IMG/VR virus record: IMGVR_UViG_3300035670_012166
Location: 5,915-69,914 of that record
Length of the DNA: 64,000 bases
Source of the DNA: a virus
Strand: one strand, 5' to 3'
Below are positions 20,555 through 30,390 of this stretch, one piece after another. Under the pieces are notes generated by a model, which saw only the letters and a list, made by a program, of their open reading frames with translations, was not told the origin of the DNA and ran no database searches. A program made the position numbers and the translations under genes. The stretch's first letter is position 1. Every line of letters begins with the position of its first letter.

Positions 20555-22915
20555 TTAAAGATATTCAGATTCACCTTCTCCCATACCTGTTCTTTTTTTG
20601 ATAACATTAATTAAAACATTTAAACAATCTTGTGGATGGTCATTGATTTCTTTGTCTGTGAATCTAACAATAATCCATCCATTTGCAGCTAACTCAGAAT
20701 CTCTTCTTTTATCTTTTGCAATTTTGTCTGGATTGTTATGCCAAATTTCACCATCAGCTTCAATTCCAATCTTAAGATTTGGAATTGCTCCATCTAATTG
20801 ATAGTCCATACTAGGTCCAGCAGAATATTGAGCATAAAGTGGGTATGGCATATTCAATGACATCAATAATCCATATAGCTTTTTCTCAAGATTTGTAAAC
20901 ATTTTTGGTTGCTGTGCATTGTCTAATTTTTTTGCAGCAAATTTCTTAAAGTTCTCATTTTCAGATAAAACATATATTTCATTAAGCGCAAAATTATTCA
21001 ATGGATGAGAACTATTACCTCCAAGTAATGGTGTTTGTATAGGACCAAATAAACCATCATATTCATCTGCTAAAGGTCCAAGGGAACCTCTTCCAGTGAC
21101 AGGAGTTTGAGACATCAAAAAGCCTTCGTGAGCAGCTGACTTAATTTTTCTACTTGCTGTTTTTACATTAGAATTCTTTTTATCAATTCTTTCAGTCCAA
21201 ACATTGTTAATAATTGAACTGGCTAACTTGTAATTTTTAAGCATAGTTGATGCTGTAGGCATTGGGGCTGGCGCAGCTGGAGCAGGAGCAGCACCACCAG
21301 GAGCAGGAGTGCTTGCACCACCAACACCTAAATCTGGAGTAGGAGGAGCACTTTCAGCGGAAACCTCTCCAGTTCCACCAGTAAATCCTTGACCTGTAAC
21401 ACCACCACTTTGAAAACTTAATGAGATATTAGGTGTTCCAAAATTTTGATCATTTACAAAATTTGCACCTTGTTCAAATCTCAATCTTTCAATTTCTTGA
21501 TCAGAATCTAATCCGAAAGCTTCAATTAAAGAAACATTAGAGATAACACCATTTTGATTTGCTGTAACAAGCATTTGTAGTTTTCCAGTATCATCTCTTA
21601 ATTGTAAATCATCAAATTTGATTTTTGGATAAACTAATTCATCTTGTCCACGTTCGCCTTCAATAACAAAACCATTCCATTTTGCTACTGGCATAAAAAC
21701 ACATTGTTCAATCCAATGTGCCACTTCTCTTCTGAATGTCTCTAATCTTTGAGCCATAGCAAGAAGACCAACTTGAGCATTACCGTAAGTTGGACCCTCA
21801 CCATTAAGAAGAGCTTTATTAAGCATAACTCCATCTAAAATCTCTTGTTCAATTAATTCAAATTCACCAGTAAGAGGATGAATCTTACCTGTTGCTCCAT
21901 ACCATTCAAGATCAAAGTTGTGGTGTGTAACAAGAGTAAGGTTTGGATCATTAGCAATTGATGCTAATTCATCTTGAACATTGTCAATATCTTCTTGAGA
22001 TGCTGGACGAGTATCACTTCCAATCTTAACTACCTTGATTGGTAAAATAAGACGTTCAGCAATCATATATTGAGCTTGGCGTAGTTTATCTTTATATGTA
22101 AGAATTGGAAACAATGGTCTGATCATAGAAATTCCATAATCTTCCCAAGGGTTTGATCCATATTTAAAATGATGTATAGAAATAGGGTTTAATTTGATAG
22201 GATTACCCTGCATAATCATCTTTTTGATATCGTCAGGAATCTTGTCGTAGATTTCTTTAGGATGTCTTTCGTTGACAATTCTAATTTCTTCTGCAGATGG
22301 TCTGTATGCATAACTACCTGGTTGATCAATCATTCCTGGAGTTTTGATTACAGAATCAGGGTTTAAGATAGAAATCGATTTCCAAGTTGCACCATCATGC
22401 TCACATTCTTGATTTTTATCATCATCCCAGTTTGAACCGTGGCAATGTGGACAATCAAGTGAAAGTAAAACGAATGAATCTCCAAGTAAATGGTAAGTTT
22501 TGGAAATTTCTGGAAGCCACTTTTGAAAGTTTAAAGATTCAACTAGTTTTTCAAAATAATCTTTAACATAAGCTGAAGAACATTCTAATTTCCAACCAGA
22601 GAAAGGATAGTTGGTATAGAAATTTATGGCTGCAGCAATTTTAGGTTCATTATTTCTCCACCAGTTAGCCCAAAGATAAATCTCACGACGAGCATTTGGA
22701 ATTTGAAAAGATGATGGAGTGAGGAATGGCGAATAAAAATTTGGAGCTGTAGTAACGGTATTGATGCTAGCAGTTCTTGTTACGCTAGGTCCTAAACCTA
22801 AACCAATTCTACTACTTGCATAATTTTTATCTACAGGTGAATTAGGGGTGCTTGCTCCTGATACTTGTGTAGCTGCTGTTCTAATTGCAGAAGCCAAAGA
22901 TGTTCTATTTGCCAT
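20555..22915 (-). CDS. Portal protein with C-terminal DUF559/Vsr-like endonuclease domain
   Basis: Portal-like core (HHFKY..NPW..YG.S.IRP; PIKVVKIG; VPKIKFDDL-like); C-terminal LDGA...IEADGEIWH...DKRRD..L...GW.IVRF. Confidence 0.7.
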   Translation of the reverse strand: MANRTSLASAIRTAATQVSGASTPNSPVDKNYASSRIGLGLGPSVTRTASINTVTTAPNFYSPFLTPSSFQIPNARREIYLWANWWRNNEPKIAAAINFYTNYPFSGWKLECSSAYVKDYFEKLVESLNFQKWLPEISKTYHLLGDSFVLLSLDCPHCHGSNWDDDKNQECEHDGATWKSISILNPDSVIKTPGMIDQPGSYAYRPSAEEIRIVNERHPKEIYDKIPDDIKKMIMQGNPIKLNPISIHHFKYGSNPWEDYGISMIRPLFPILTYKDKLRQAQYMIAERLILPIKVVKIGSDTRPASQEDIDNVQDELASIANDPNLTLVTHHNFDLEWYGATGKIHPLTGEFELIEQEILDGVMLNKALLNGEGPTYGNAQVGLLAMAQRLETFRREVAHWIEQCVFMPVAKWNGFVIEGERGQDELVYPKIKFDDLQLRDDTGKLQMLVTANQNGVISNVSLIEAFGLDSDQEIERLRFEQGANFVNDQNFGTPNISLSFQSGGVTGQGFTGGTGEVSAESAPPTPDLGVGGASTPAPGGAAPAPAAPAPMPTASTMLKNYKLASSIINNVWTERIDKKNSNVKTASRKIKSAAHEGFLMSQTPVTGRGSLGPLADEYDGLFGPIQTPLLGGNSSHPLNNFALNEIYVLSENENFKKFAAKKLDNAQQPKMFTNLEKKLYGLLMSLNMPYPLYAQYSAGPSMDYQLDGAIPNLKIGIEADGEIWHNNPDKIAKDKRRDSELAANGWIIVRFTDKEINDHPQDCLNVLINVIKKRTGMGEGESEYL

Positions 22916-22948
22916 AACATATATTATACCGTTCTAAAAAAATAGAAC

Positions 22949-23476
22949 TTAAAACCAAGTTTGATTTGAGGGTTTATTTCCAAAAAGGATAGGATCTTGT
23001 TTTTTACTAGAAGCTTGATAATAACCTTCACCACTTTTAAAATGTTGAAAGCCTTGACCTTTTTCTCTTGATGCCATACTTTGAGGCTCTCTGTTATTGT
23101 TTTCTTGTTGAGATCCTCTAAGTTGTTCTTCCAAAGTAGTATTTTCTGGATTCTCATGATAAGGAGAATGTCTACGTGCTTCAATAGATGCAGATTGAGG
23201 AGAAACAATAAATTGACCATTATTGTCCATATTCATTCTGTGAGGACGATCTACTAGTAAATTCCAAATTTCTTTTTGTTGCTCTTGATTCATTTCATAA
23301 TATTCATCAAGAGTTTTACCCATTTTATCTAGAATGCCAGTTAGTTCATCATATAAACCTGCAGGTTTATTATCAACATCCTGTATGTCATCAATTTCAG
23401 AATAATTGTCTTCAGAATCTTCTGGTGACCAATTAATTCCACCACCTAATTGAGCAAGAATTTGTTTATACCACAT
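22949..23476 (-). CDS. Hypothetical head-cluster protein with MWY leader
   Basis: 175-aa ORF starting MWYKQILAQ. Confidence 0.6.
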   Translation of the reverse strand: MWYKQILAQLGGGINWSPEDSEDNYSEIDDIQDVDNKPAGLYDELTGILDKMGKTLDEYYEMNQEQQKEIWNLLVDRPHRMNMDNNGQFIVSPQSASIEARRHSPYHENPENTTLEEQLRGSQQENNNREPQSMASREKGQGFQHFKSGEGYYQASSKKQDPILFGNKPSNQTWF

Positions 23477-25121
23477 CGTCGTATTCTTCTCTTTTAGATT
23501 CTAAAACATAATCTAAGCCAAGTTCATCTGCAAATTTCTTCAAATCTTCATCAGAAAATTGATGTCCAAAACTATCTTCATCTTCCTCGCCTAATAAGGT
23601 TTCGATATTGACTTTATGTTTGTCATTTTTTCTTCTATCTTCAAGTTGTTCATCTTTAGGAACATCAACAACATTTTCTTTTCTTGAGGAATCTAAAATT
23701 TCTTCTTTAGTTAATTCTTTTTTAGAAGCAGTGATGTTTTTATCTAATTGATGAATAATAGAATCTTTTGGCTCATCTTTATCTTTATTTAATTCATCTC
23801 TGTAATTGATAGGATCTTCATCAGTTTCATTTAATTGTTCAGAATAAGATTCTTCCATTTCACCACGATGAGTATAAAGTTCTTTTTTATCTAATTGATT
23901 TTCTCTTACTTCATCAGTATCAGATTCTTTGTTATTAAGTCTTCTAAGTAAATCTTCAAGATAAGACATACCTTTTTGACCTTCTCTTGGAAGTTGTGAA
24001 TCAATTGTTTTAGAAGAATCTGTTTGTGCTTGTTTAGGTCTCATAACAGGTTTATCACCTTGTTGATGACCATATTGTGCTTGTTTAGAATCAGATAATT
24101 GTTTTTCTCTAGAATCTTCGTAATTTTGTTTACCACGAACTTTATTAGCACCACGATCTGAATTTTCAAATCTAGCTTCATATCCAACTTCACCATCTGT
24201 AAGTTTTTTGGATCTTTCGCCTTCTTTTAATTCAAGTGCATTAGCTTCATTATCAGGATGTTTATGTACATCTAATCTTGCCATAACTTCATCATGAGAT
24301 TGGAATGCAACTTTCAACCAATCTTGATATGCACAAGTTACATGACCTTCTTTATCTACTCTGGAATCAATGCAGTTTTCTCTACATTTTGAAATTTCCA
24401 TAGGAATTGGAGCTTTATAACCTTGGAATTTACCTTTAGGACATAGTAAAAAAGGTTCATTCATTTGAGTAGAAAGAGTTGTATATGCCACTCTTCTATT
24501 TTCTTTTGGGGTAATTTCTGAATACCAATTATGAATAAAATTGGCTACTTTCAATGTAGTTTTTTTGTTATCAGCAAGAATAATTTCTCTAGCTGAATTA
24601 ACTTTTGATAATTTTTCAGATGTATTTGCAAATTGTTTTAATTTGTCTAATGCATTAATTGATTCGATTTGCCAATATCCTGATGATTTTTCTTCAGTTT
24701 TATAAGCTACTCTTTCAAACTTTGCTGCAGAATTATTTTTATCAAAATAATTTTGTAAAGCCATATAGGCATATCTTAATGTATTTCTTTCTTCTGCTAA
24801 TCTGATATTATTTAATGTTTTATGTGCTTCATGAAGTTTTGAGTGACAATCATCTTTAGGTAGTGCCATAATCTTAACTACATTGTCAAGACCACCCATA
24901 TTTTTGAAAGCAGAAATAATTGGATCATCACCAAAATCATCCATACTTAAAACGTGAAATGGAGAAGAATGTGGCATAGAATCACCATCAAAATTTGAAA
25001 GTGTATCTTGTAACATTCCTAGTAAGCCATCTCCACCAATTTTAGGATGGCTTAAAATTTTTTCTATTTTTTCAGGATCGTGTGTCTTGTAGGTTGATTT
25101 TATTTTGTATCCTTTTTCCAT
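23466..25121 (-). CDS. Hypothetical acidic head-cluster protein with E-x-Q-L repeats and a Cys cluster
   Basis: 551-aa ORF; C-P-K...C...C...C; repeated EKQL/ENQL/DEQL. Confidence 0.6.
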   Translation of the reverse strand: MEKGYKIKSTYKTHDPEKIEKILSHPKIGGDGLLGMLQDTLSNFDGDSMPHSSPFHVLSMDDFGDDPIISAFKNMGGLDNVVKIMALPKDDCHSKLHEAHKTLNNIRLAEERNTLRYAYMALQNYFDKNNSAAKFERVAYKTEEKSSGYWQIESINALDKLKQFANTSEKLSKVNSAREIILADNKKTTLKVANFIHNWYSEITPKENRRVAYTTLSTQMNEPFLLCPKGKFQGYKAPIPMEISKCRENCIDSRVDKEGHVTCAYQDWLKVAFQSHDEVMARLDVHKHPDNEANALELKEGERSKKLTDGEVGYEARFENSDRGANKVRGKQNYEDSREKQLSDSKQAQYGHQQGDKPVMRPKQAQTDSSKTIDSQLPREGQKGMSYLEDLLRRLNNKESDTDEVRENQLDKKELYTHRGEMEESYSEQLNETDEDPINYRDELNKDKDEPKDSIIHQLDKNITASKKELTKEEILDSSRKENVVDVPKDEQLEDRRKNDKHKVNIETLLGEEDEDSFGHQFSDEDLKKFADELGLDYVLESKREEYDDVV

Positions 25122-25123
25122 AG

Positions 25124-25990
25124 TTATTTACCCAATCCTAAATTTGATAATTCTTCGTTATCAAAGCCTCTATCTTTTAATGCAGCTTTGATTTGTTTTA
25201 GTTCTTCAGACACGCCTTTTTTGTCAGCAGCATCTTTGAAATCCCCTTGTTTTGTTGTTTTAGAATAATCTTGAAGATCCATTAAAAAACAAGCTCTCAT
25301 AATTAATTCAGGGGTGGATCTTTTTAAGAAATCTGGTTTCTTATCATAATCAATAGCTGCAGTTTTGATTGAATTTTCAGAAACTCCAGCTTCTTTTTCT
25401 TTAGCAGGTTTATCTTGTTCTAGTTTTTTGTTATAATCTCTTACAATATCGATGGCTCTTTCAATTGTTTCTTTATTCCAATATTTGAGTTTAGAGATGT
25501 ATCTAACAATGTCATTTTTTTCAACACCGTGATCGAGCAATTTACCCACTTTACCCATCAAAACACGGAATGGATTGCCTCTAGTCTTTTTTTTCTTTTT
25601 AACTTGTGCTACTTTTGAATTGTTGTACACGTTCTTAGCCTCTTGTAAATAAGTTGATTCAATCTTATTTGCTATATCTGTATAGCTAGGATCCAATTTT
25701 TTAGTAATTGGATCTTTAGTTCTTGTTCTGCCATCATTTGACATTAATAAGGCTTTAGATAATTTATATAAATCTTGCCTTAAATTACTATCTTGTACTC
25801 TGTCAGCAATTATTACAACTTCATTTGATAATTCTGTATAGTTTAAAGAATTTGATTGTAATTTTTTAAGTAATTGTCTCAATTCATCTTTTGTGACACC
25901 TTCAACTTCATTACCATTAAGGGGAATATTGTTTATCCCATTGGCAGGATTAGAAGCAAGAGGTGGTTCTGATTGAGATAATTTTTTCAT
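25124..25990 (-). CDS. Hypothetical head-cluster protein
   Basis: 288-aa ORF in operon. Confidence 0.6.
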   Translation of the reverse strand: MKKLSQSEPPLASNPANGINNIPLNGNEVEGVTKDELRQLLKKLQSNSLNYTELSNEVVIIADRVQDSNLRQDLYKLSKALLMSNDGRTRTKDPITKKLDPSYTDIANKIESTYLQEAKNVYNNSKVAQVKKKKKTRGNPFRVLMGKVGKLLDHGVEKNDIVRYISKLKYWNKETIERAIDIVRDYNKKLEQDKPAKEKEAGVSENSIKTAAIDYDKKPDFLKRSTPELIMRACFLMDLQDYSKTTKQGDFKDAADKKGVSEELKQIKAALKDRGFDNEELSNLGLGK

Positions 25991-26805
25991 TAGTCAATAT
26001 CATCAAAATTTAAATCAATGCTATTATAAATTTCATTAATTGTTTTAGCTCTTGATTGTGCTTTGTTGTTAAAATCTTCTTGTGCTGATTTCTTGATTGC
26101 AAGTCTTTCAGTTCTGATTTTTTCTTGATTAGCAATTCTTCTTGATTCACGATCGTCCAGAGCAGATGGATCAATCATTCCAAATGTCGAATTGAATTCA
26201 TTATCAGCTGAAGTTCTTAGAATGCTATGTGCTCTGGAGGAAACTACAGAAGATTGTCTAAGACCTTGAAGTTTCTTTTCTTCCCAGGTTTGATGTCTAG
26301 ATGCTTTAGCTTCTCTGGATTTTTGTTGTTCAACGATAGATTGCTCACTTGAACTTGCTTGAGAATTTAAGAATTCTTCTGAAATAGCAATCATATCTGG
26401 ATTGAATATAGATGCAGAACGTGAAAGCATTGCGTTCATATATTCATCGGCAGAAAATGCTTTTAAACCACTAGTTGTTGTTCTGGCATTATCACCTTCG
26501 TCATAGCTACTACCAGCACGTCTGATAGCACCAAAATCTTGAGATAAAATTCTTTCTTCTAAGCTTGATTCTCTTAAATCTTGATAAGATGAAGCTCCTT
26601 GAATTTTTTCCCAAGATTTGCTTAATGTATTAGCTTCTTTTGTGAATCCAATATTTTGTTTAGAAATAGTTTGTCTATTAGCTGTAGAATTTCTTCTTAA
26701 CTCCGCATAAGGGTCTTCGTCGATTTCTACTTGAGCACCAATAAATTTTTTCTCTAAAAAAGATGGAATATTTTCAGTTTCTGAAACTTTTTTAAATCTG
26801 CTCAT
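25990..26805 (-). CDS. Hypothetical head-cluster protein
   Basis: 271-aa ORF; AGGA RBS. Confidence 0.6.
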   Translation of the reverse strand: MSRFKKVSETENIPSFLEKKFIGAQVEIDEDPYAELRRNSTANRQTISKQNIGFTKEANTLSKSWEKIQGASSYQDLRESSLEERILSQDFGAIRRAGSSYDEGDNARTTTSGLKAFSADEYMNAMLSRSASIFNPDMIAISEEFLNSQASSSEQSIVEQQKSREAKASRHQTWEEKKLQGLRQSSVVSSRAHSILRTSADNEFNSTFGMIDPSALDDRESRRIANQEKIRTERLAIKKSAQEDFNNKAQSRAKTINEIYNSIDLNFDDID

Positions 26806-26836
26806 TATTAAATTTCCTATTATCGTTCTTCAAGAA

Positions 26837-26862
26837 TGTCCCAGGGCTTATGCCCTGGGACA
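26837..26862. terminator. GC-rich perfect hairpin (terminator or stabiliser)
   Basis: TGTCCCAGGGC-ttat-GCCCTGGGACA. Confidence 0.6.
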
Positions 26863-26888
26863 ATTTCTCTTGAGGATTTAGATTAGTT

Positions 26889-27956
26889 CTACTTGTCGTA
26901 CTCTTTTGTGAATAATTTGTCAATCCACTCTTGATCGCCATATCCAAGTTCATTTTTCCAATAATCAATGAGTCTTGAATAATCTGCGTCTGAAAGAGTT
27001 GCGGTTTTGATCATTGAAGATGCAGCTGCAATCTTGACATTTGATTCTAATTCAGAAGCTAAAACGCTTTTGATTTCTACTAAATTATCTGCAGGAGCTG
27101 GAGTTGTTTCACCTAATCTTGCATTGATATATTCGATTGGGAAACCTTCAGCCAATGCTTTAGCTGCAAATGCTTTTCTAGCAGCATTGGAGAATGCTTT
27201 AGCTTCTTTCATCTCTGTATCATCAGATGCATTGCAAGCTTCGCACCCTTTACCTGCACATTTGCTGCATTCTTTGTCCATTGAAGCATCTTTCTCTTCT
27301 TTAGCTGCTTCAACAACTTTTTCAACTAATGCTTCTCTGTAAGCTTTTCTTTGAGCAAGCTTGACATTTGCTTCTTCTTGAGCCTTTACTTGGCGCTCAA
27401 TCTTACCTGCAAGTCTTACTCTTCTTTCATGACGAGCTGCAAGGATAGCATTCTTGAGATCTTCATCTCCAGATGCAATTGCTGCTTCTACAGCTTCAGC
27501 TGATAATTGTGATGGGTGATTGAAATGAAATGCCTTCTTTTCAGACTTATTCTTAGGACCTTTTCTCTTCATAGGACCTTTTTCATCACATTCGCAAGGA
27601 TCGCAATCACACTCTGGGCATTTTTCTGACTTGTCATCATCGTCATCAGATTCTGCTTTCTTGCCTTTGCCATTCTCTTCCATCCACTTTTTCAAACCTT
27701 CTGGAAGACCCTTTTTAGCCCATCTAGAACCAGCTTCATGCTCCATATCATCATCCATAGAGCCTGCTTCTGCTTGCATTCTATCTACTTCTTCATCGCC
27801 AATAGCATCAATAAGAGCTTTGAGGCCTTTATTCTCTTTAGGCTCTTTTGCTTCAGCTAATCTTTGGTTAAAGTTGTCCCAATCAATTCCTTGGAAAACC
27901 AAGTCAGAATCAAGAGGATCTTCTTGAAATCTGTTTGGGAAAATTCTATCTGCCAT
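26889..27956 (-). CDS. Hypothetical head-cluster protein (Cys-rich acidic linkers, coiled coil)
   Basis: 355 aa; CPECDCDPCEC; AGGAG RBS; higher-GC codon usage. Confidence 0.6.
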   Translation of the reverse strand: MADRIFPNRFQEDPLDSDLVFQGIDWDNFNQRLAEAKEPKENKGLKALIDAIGDEEVDRMQAEAGSMDDDMEHEAGSRWAKKGLPEGLKKWMEENGKGKKAESDDDDDKSEKCPECDCDPCECDEKGPMKRKGPKNKSEKKAFHFNHPSQLSAEAVEAAIASGDEDLKNAILAARHERRVRLAGKIERQVKAQEEANVKLAQRKAYREALVEKVVEAAKEEKDASMDKECSKCAGKGCEACNASDDTEMKEAKAFSNAARKAFAAKALAEGFPIEYINARLGETTPAPADNLVEIKSVLASELESNVKIAAASSMIKTATLSDADYSRLIDYWKNELGYGDQEWIDKLFTKEYDK

Positions 27957-27995
27957 AATTAATTTTTCTCCTCAAGAAAAAATACATTAAGAAAT

Positions 27996-28020
27996 TTCTA
28001 AATTTAATGCTTAAAATCCT
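27996..28020 (-). promoter_or_regulatory. Putative late promoter AGG-N18-AGAA
   Basis: AGG attttaagcattaaattt AGAA. Confidence 0.6.
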
Positions 28021-28033
28021 TTAATGCATCCAT

Positions 28034-28414
28034 TTATGTTTTTTTACTTAAAATAAGTTTTTTGCCCTTCAAGAGCAATTTGTCACCAATCTTAATTCCA
28101 AGCTTATCAAACAATCCCTTATTTGCTTCTACAACAAATACAATATCATTTGATTTTGGAGATACTGATTTTGGATCATCAGCCTCCATATCTTTAAAAT
28201 CAACAATTTCCGAATCTTTATTTAGAAATGCAAGTGTTAAAGCAAATGAAACATTTTTATTCCAAAAAGAATAATTATCAGGATAATCAAAAACAAAAAA
28301 TGCTACTTCGTAATCATCTAATGGCTCTGCATCCATCAATCCTTTTACTCTAAGCTTGTCATTATCAGCAATAAATCTAACATCAAATTCATCACGGAAT
28401 TTAGATGCAGTGAG
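28034..28414 (-). CDS. DUF192 domain; the frame continues upstream to the in-frame TGA of the preceding ORF (readthrough or disrupted gene)
   Basis: IADNDKLRVKGLM...FFVF....SFWNKNV.F.L..AF....VVEAN.G; no ATG/GTG/TTG between 28414 and 28340. Confidence 0.7.
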   Translation of the reverse strand, partial: LTASKFRDEFDVRFIADNDKLRVKGLMDAEPLDDYEVAFFVFDYPDNYSFWNKNVSFALTLAFLNKDSEIVDFKDMEADDPKSVSPKSNDIVFVVEANKGLFDKLGIKIGDKLLLKGKKLILSKKT

Positions 28415-28906
28415 TCAAGAACCAACTTTCTTAAATTTATTTGAAGAGGCTTTTACACTTCTTGCTTCTTCCAAATCAAATCTGTCTTTTGTTCTTTGTT
28501 TTCTAAATTCATTTACATTATCAGTTGAAAGATAATGATCTCTCAATGCAAGTTTAGCTCTGTCAGTAAGCTCAACTGATCTACCATAACCTGTGAGAAG
28601 TCCAGCAGTTTTTAATGCTAATAAATCATTGTCAGAAATATCACTAGGAACTCCACATATTTTTCCATCTTTATTTAATGCTAAATGACTTGCAGCTGTG
28701 ACTAAGGCATCTGTATTTGCATCAATAGTCTTAAGCATTTCTAAATATCTATCACTTAATTTAGCTGCTTCAATTTTCTTAGGAGCTTGTGAAACACCCA
28801 AAAGTTGAATTTGAATATCAGAAAGTCCTAAACCCTCCATTGAAGGTCCGTCAAATAATTCTGCGTGTAAATCTAATGAATGAACTGGTTTAATTGGTAT
28901 TGGCAT
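28415..28906 (-). CDS. Hypothetical protein, N-terminal partner of the DUF192 frame
   Basis: 163 aa ending in TGA at 28415-28417; AGGA RBS. Confidence 0.6.
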   Translation of the reverse strand: MPIPIKPVHSLDLHAELFDGPSMEGLGLSDIQIQLLGVSQAPKKIEAAKLSDRYLEMLKTIDANTDALVTAASHLALNKDGKICGVPSDISDNDLLALKTAGLLTGYGRSVELTDRAKLALRDHYLSTDNVNEFRKQRTKDRFDLEEARSVKASSNKFKKVGS

Positions 28907-28917
28907 TGTAATTTTCC

Positions 28918-29367
28918 TTATCTGTATGGTAATCTATTTTTCCAAGCATTTCCTTCGTCAACATTCTTTTGATAAGTTTCATCCCAAGAAAACTTATCAT
29001 CAATATCTTCACCTTTAGAAATAGCCATTGATGGGCTTGAAGCTGGATTGCCTGGATCTACATATGCAGGACCAGGAACATTGTCGGGACCATGTAATTG
29101 TCCTTCTATATTTTGTCCATCATCCTCTCCACCTAAATCACGATATTCTGGCACTCTTTTTCTAGGATTGATTTTTTGTCGCCAGTAATCATTATTTTCA
29201 TATTCTTCTTCTAGTTCTTCATAAGGAACTAAAGAAACATTAGGAACTTGAGTGACTGATGTTTGCGGATAATATTGAGCAATCTTTTCAAATAATTTAT
29301 CTGATTCCTTAACAAATCCACTATTATCTAAAATAGAACACACCTTAATTATGGAATTAAGTTTCAT
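28918..29367 (-). CDS. Hypothetical protein with LDxxG-type leader
   Basis: MKLNSIIKVCSILDNSGFVKESDKLFEKIAQ. Confidence 0.6.
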   Translation of the reverse strand: MKLNSIIKVCSILDNSGFVKESDKLFEKIAQYYPQTSVTQVPNVSLVPYEELEEEYENNDYWRQKINPRKRVPEYRDLGGEDDGQNIEGQLHGPDNVPGPAYVDPGNPASSPSMAISKGEDIDDKFSWDETYQKNVDEGNAWKNRLPYR

Positions 29368-30356
29368 AATGAATGTCCGCCAATTCCATAAAATGTTGAT
29401 CCATCGTAAGCTTCTTCAACACCTTTATCTTCTTTTTGATTAGAATCAATGTAATCATAATAAGAAGTAAATGTTCTATTAGGATGCATTTGTTTTTCTA
29501 GGGATGAATTAGGATCTATTTCTTTCAAAGATTGTGGTTTTGGAGCAATATCTTCAGGAGCATAAACATTAGATTTTCCATCAGGATTACCTTCTGTCAA
29601 TACTGTGTCTTTTAATAAATATTCTTGAAATCCATCATAATCAGGAGTGTTGACATTCATTAAGTCTTGTAAATAAGTGTCAAATTCTTCTCCTTCTGTC
29701 AATACTGGAGTTTTGCCCAAAGAAGGTTTGGTAAATTGAGCTTTATCAAATTCATTTCTTTCTTCAGGATATTCTTTAGTAAGTCTATTTCTTCTAGCAA
29801 CTTCATAATCTTCTGCAATACGATTAATAGAAGATTCATTAATAGCAAAATGTAATCTAGAGGGTTTATCTGGATCTTTGTAATCTTCTCTAGGATATTT
29901 AAATTCTTTATTATATTTGTGTCTATTTTCTAAAGATTGCTCCATTGTCATAATATGTTCTGGTTTAGGAGCATAATGAGTTTTGATATATTCTGGGCTG
30001 TTTTTAATTAAATCACTGACCGCATTTTCTAAAGATTGTTTGTAATTATGAAGTTGTGCTCTGAATTTAGCTCTCATTCTCTCTTCAGGAGTAAGTTCAT
30101 AAGCAATCAAATCTTCGTAATTTTTATGTTGAGGAGAAAGTCTTGTTTCTATATTTACATCTCTTGTATCTGGCTCGATGTGAGTTCTTCTTAATAACTT
30201 ATCAAAACTTGCATCTTCATCAACATATAAATTTATATCATTACCGCCTCTATTGGATCCACCTCTACCAATAGGACTACCACCTGGTTGATAAGGAGAG
30301 CCATTACCTCCGCCTCCAACGCCACCAAATTGAGCAGTACGAATATTCTTAGACAT
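29364..30356 (-). CDS. Hypothetical head-cluster protein
   Basis: 330 aa; MSKNIRTAQ followed by a Gly-rich stretch. Confidence 0.6.
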   Translation of the reverse strand: MSKNIRTAQFGGVGGGGNGSPYQPGGSPIGRGGSNRGGNDINLYVDEDASFDKLLRRTHIEPDTRDVNIETRLSPQHKNYEDLIAYELTPEERMRAKFRAQLHNYKQSLENAVSDLIKNSPEYIKTHYAPKPEHIMTMEQSLENRHKYNKEFKYPREDYKDPDKPSRLHFAINESSINRIAEDYEVARRNRLTKEYPEERNEFDKAQFTKPSLGKTPVLTEGEEFDTYLQDLMNVNTPDYDGFQEYLLKDTVLTEGNPDGKSNVYAPEDIAPKPQSLKEIDPNSSLEKQMHPNRTFTSYYDYIDSNQKEDKGVEEAYDGSTFYGIGGHSL

Positions 30357-30365
30357 AATGATTTG

Positions 30366-30390
30366 TTCTCAAGAAAATATTTTTTTACCT
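30366..30390 (-). promoter_or_regulatory. Putative late promoter AGG-N18-AGAA
   Basis: AGG taaaaaaatattttcttg AGAA. Confidence 0.6.
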
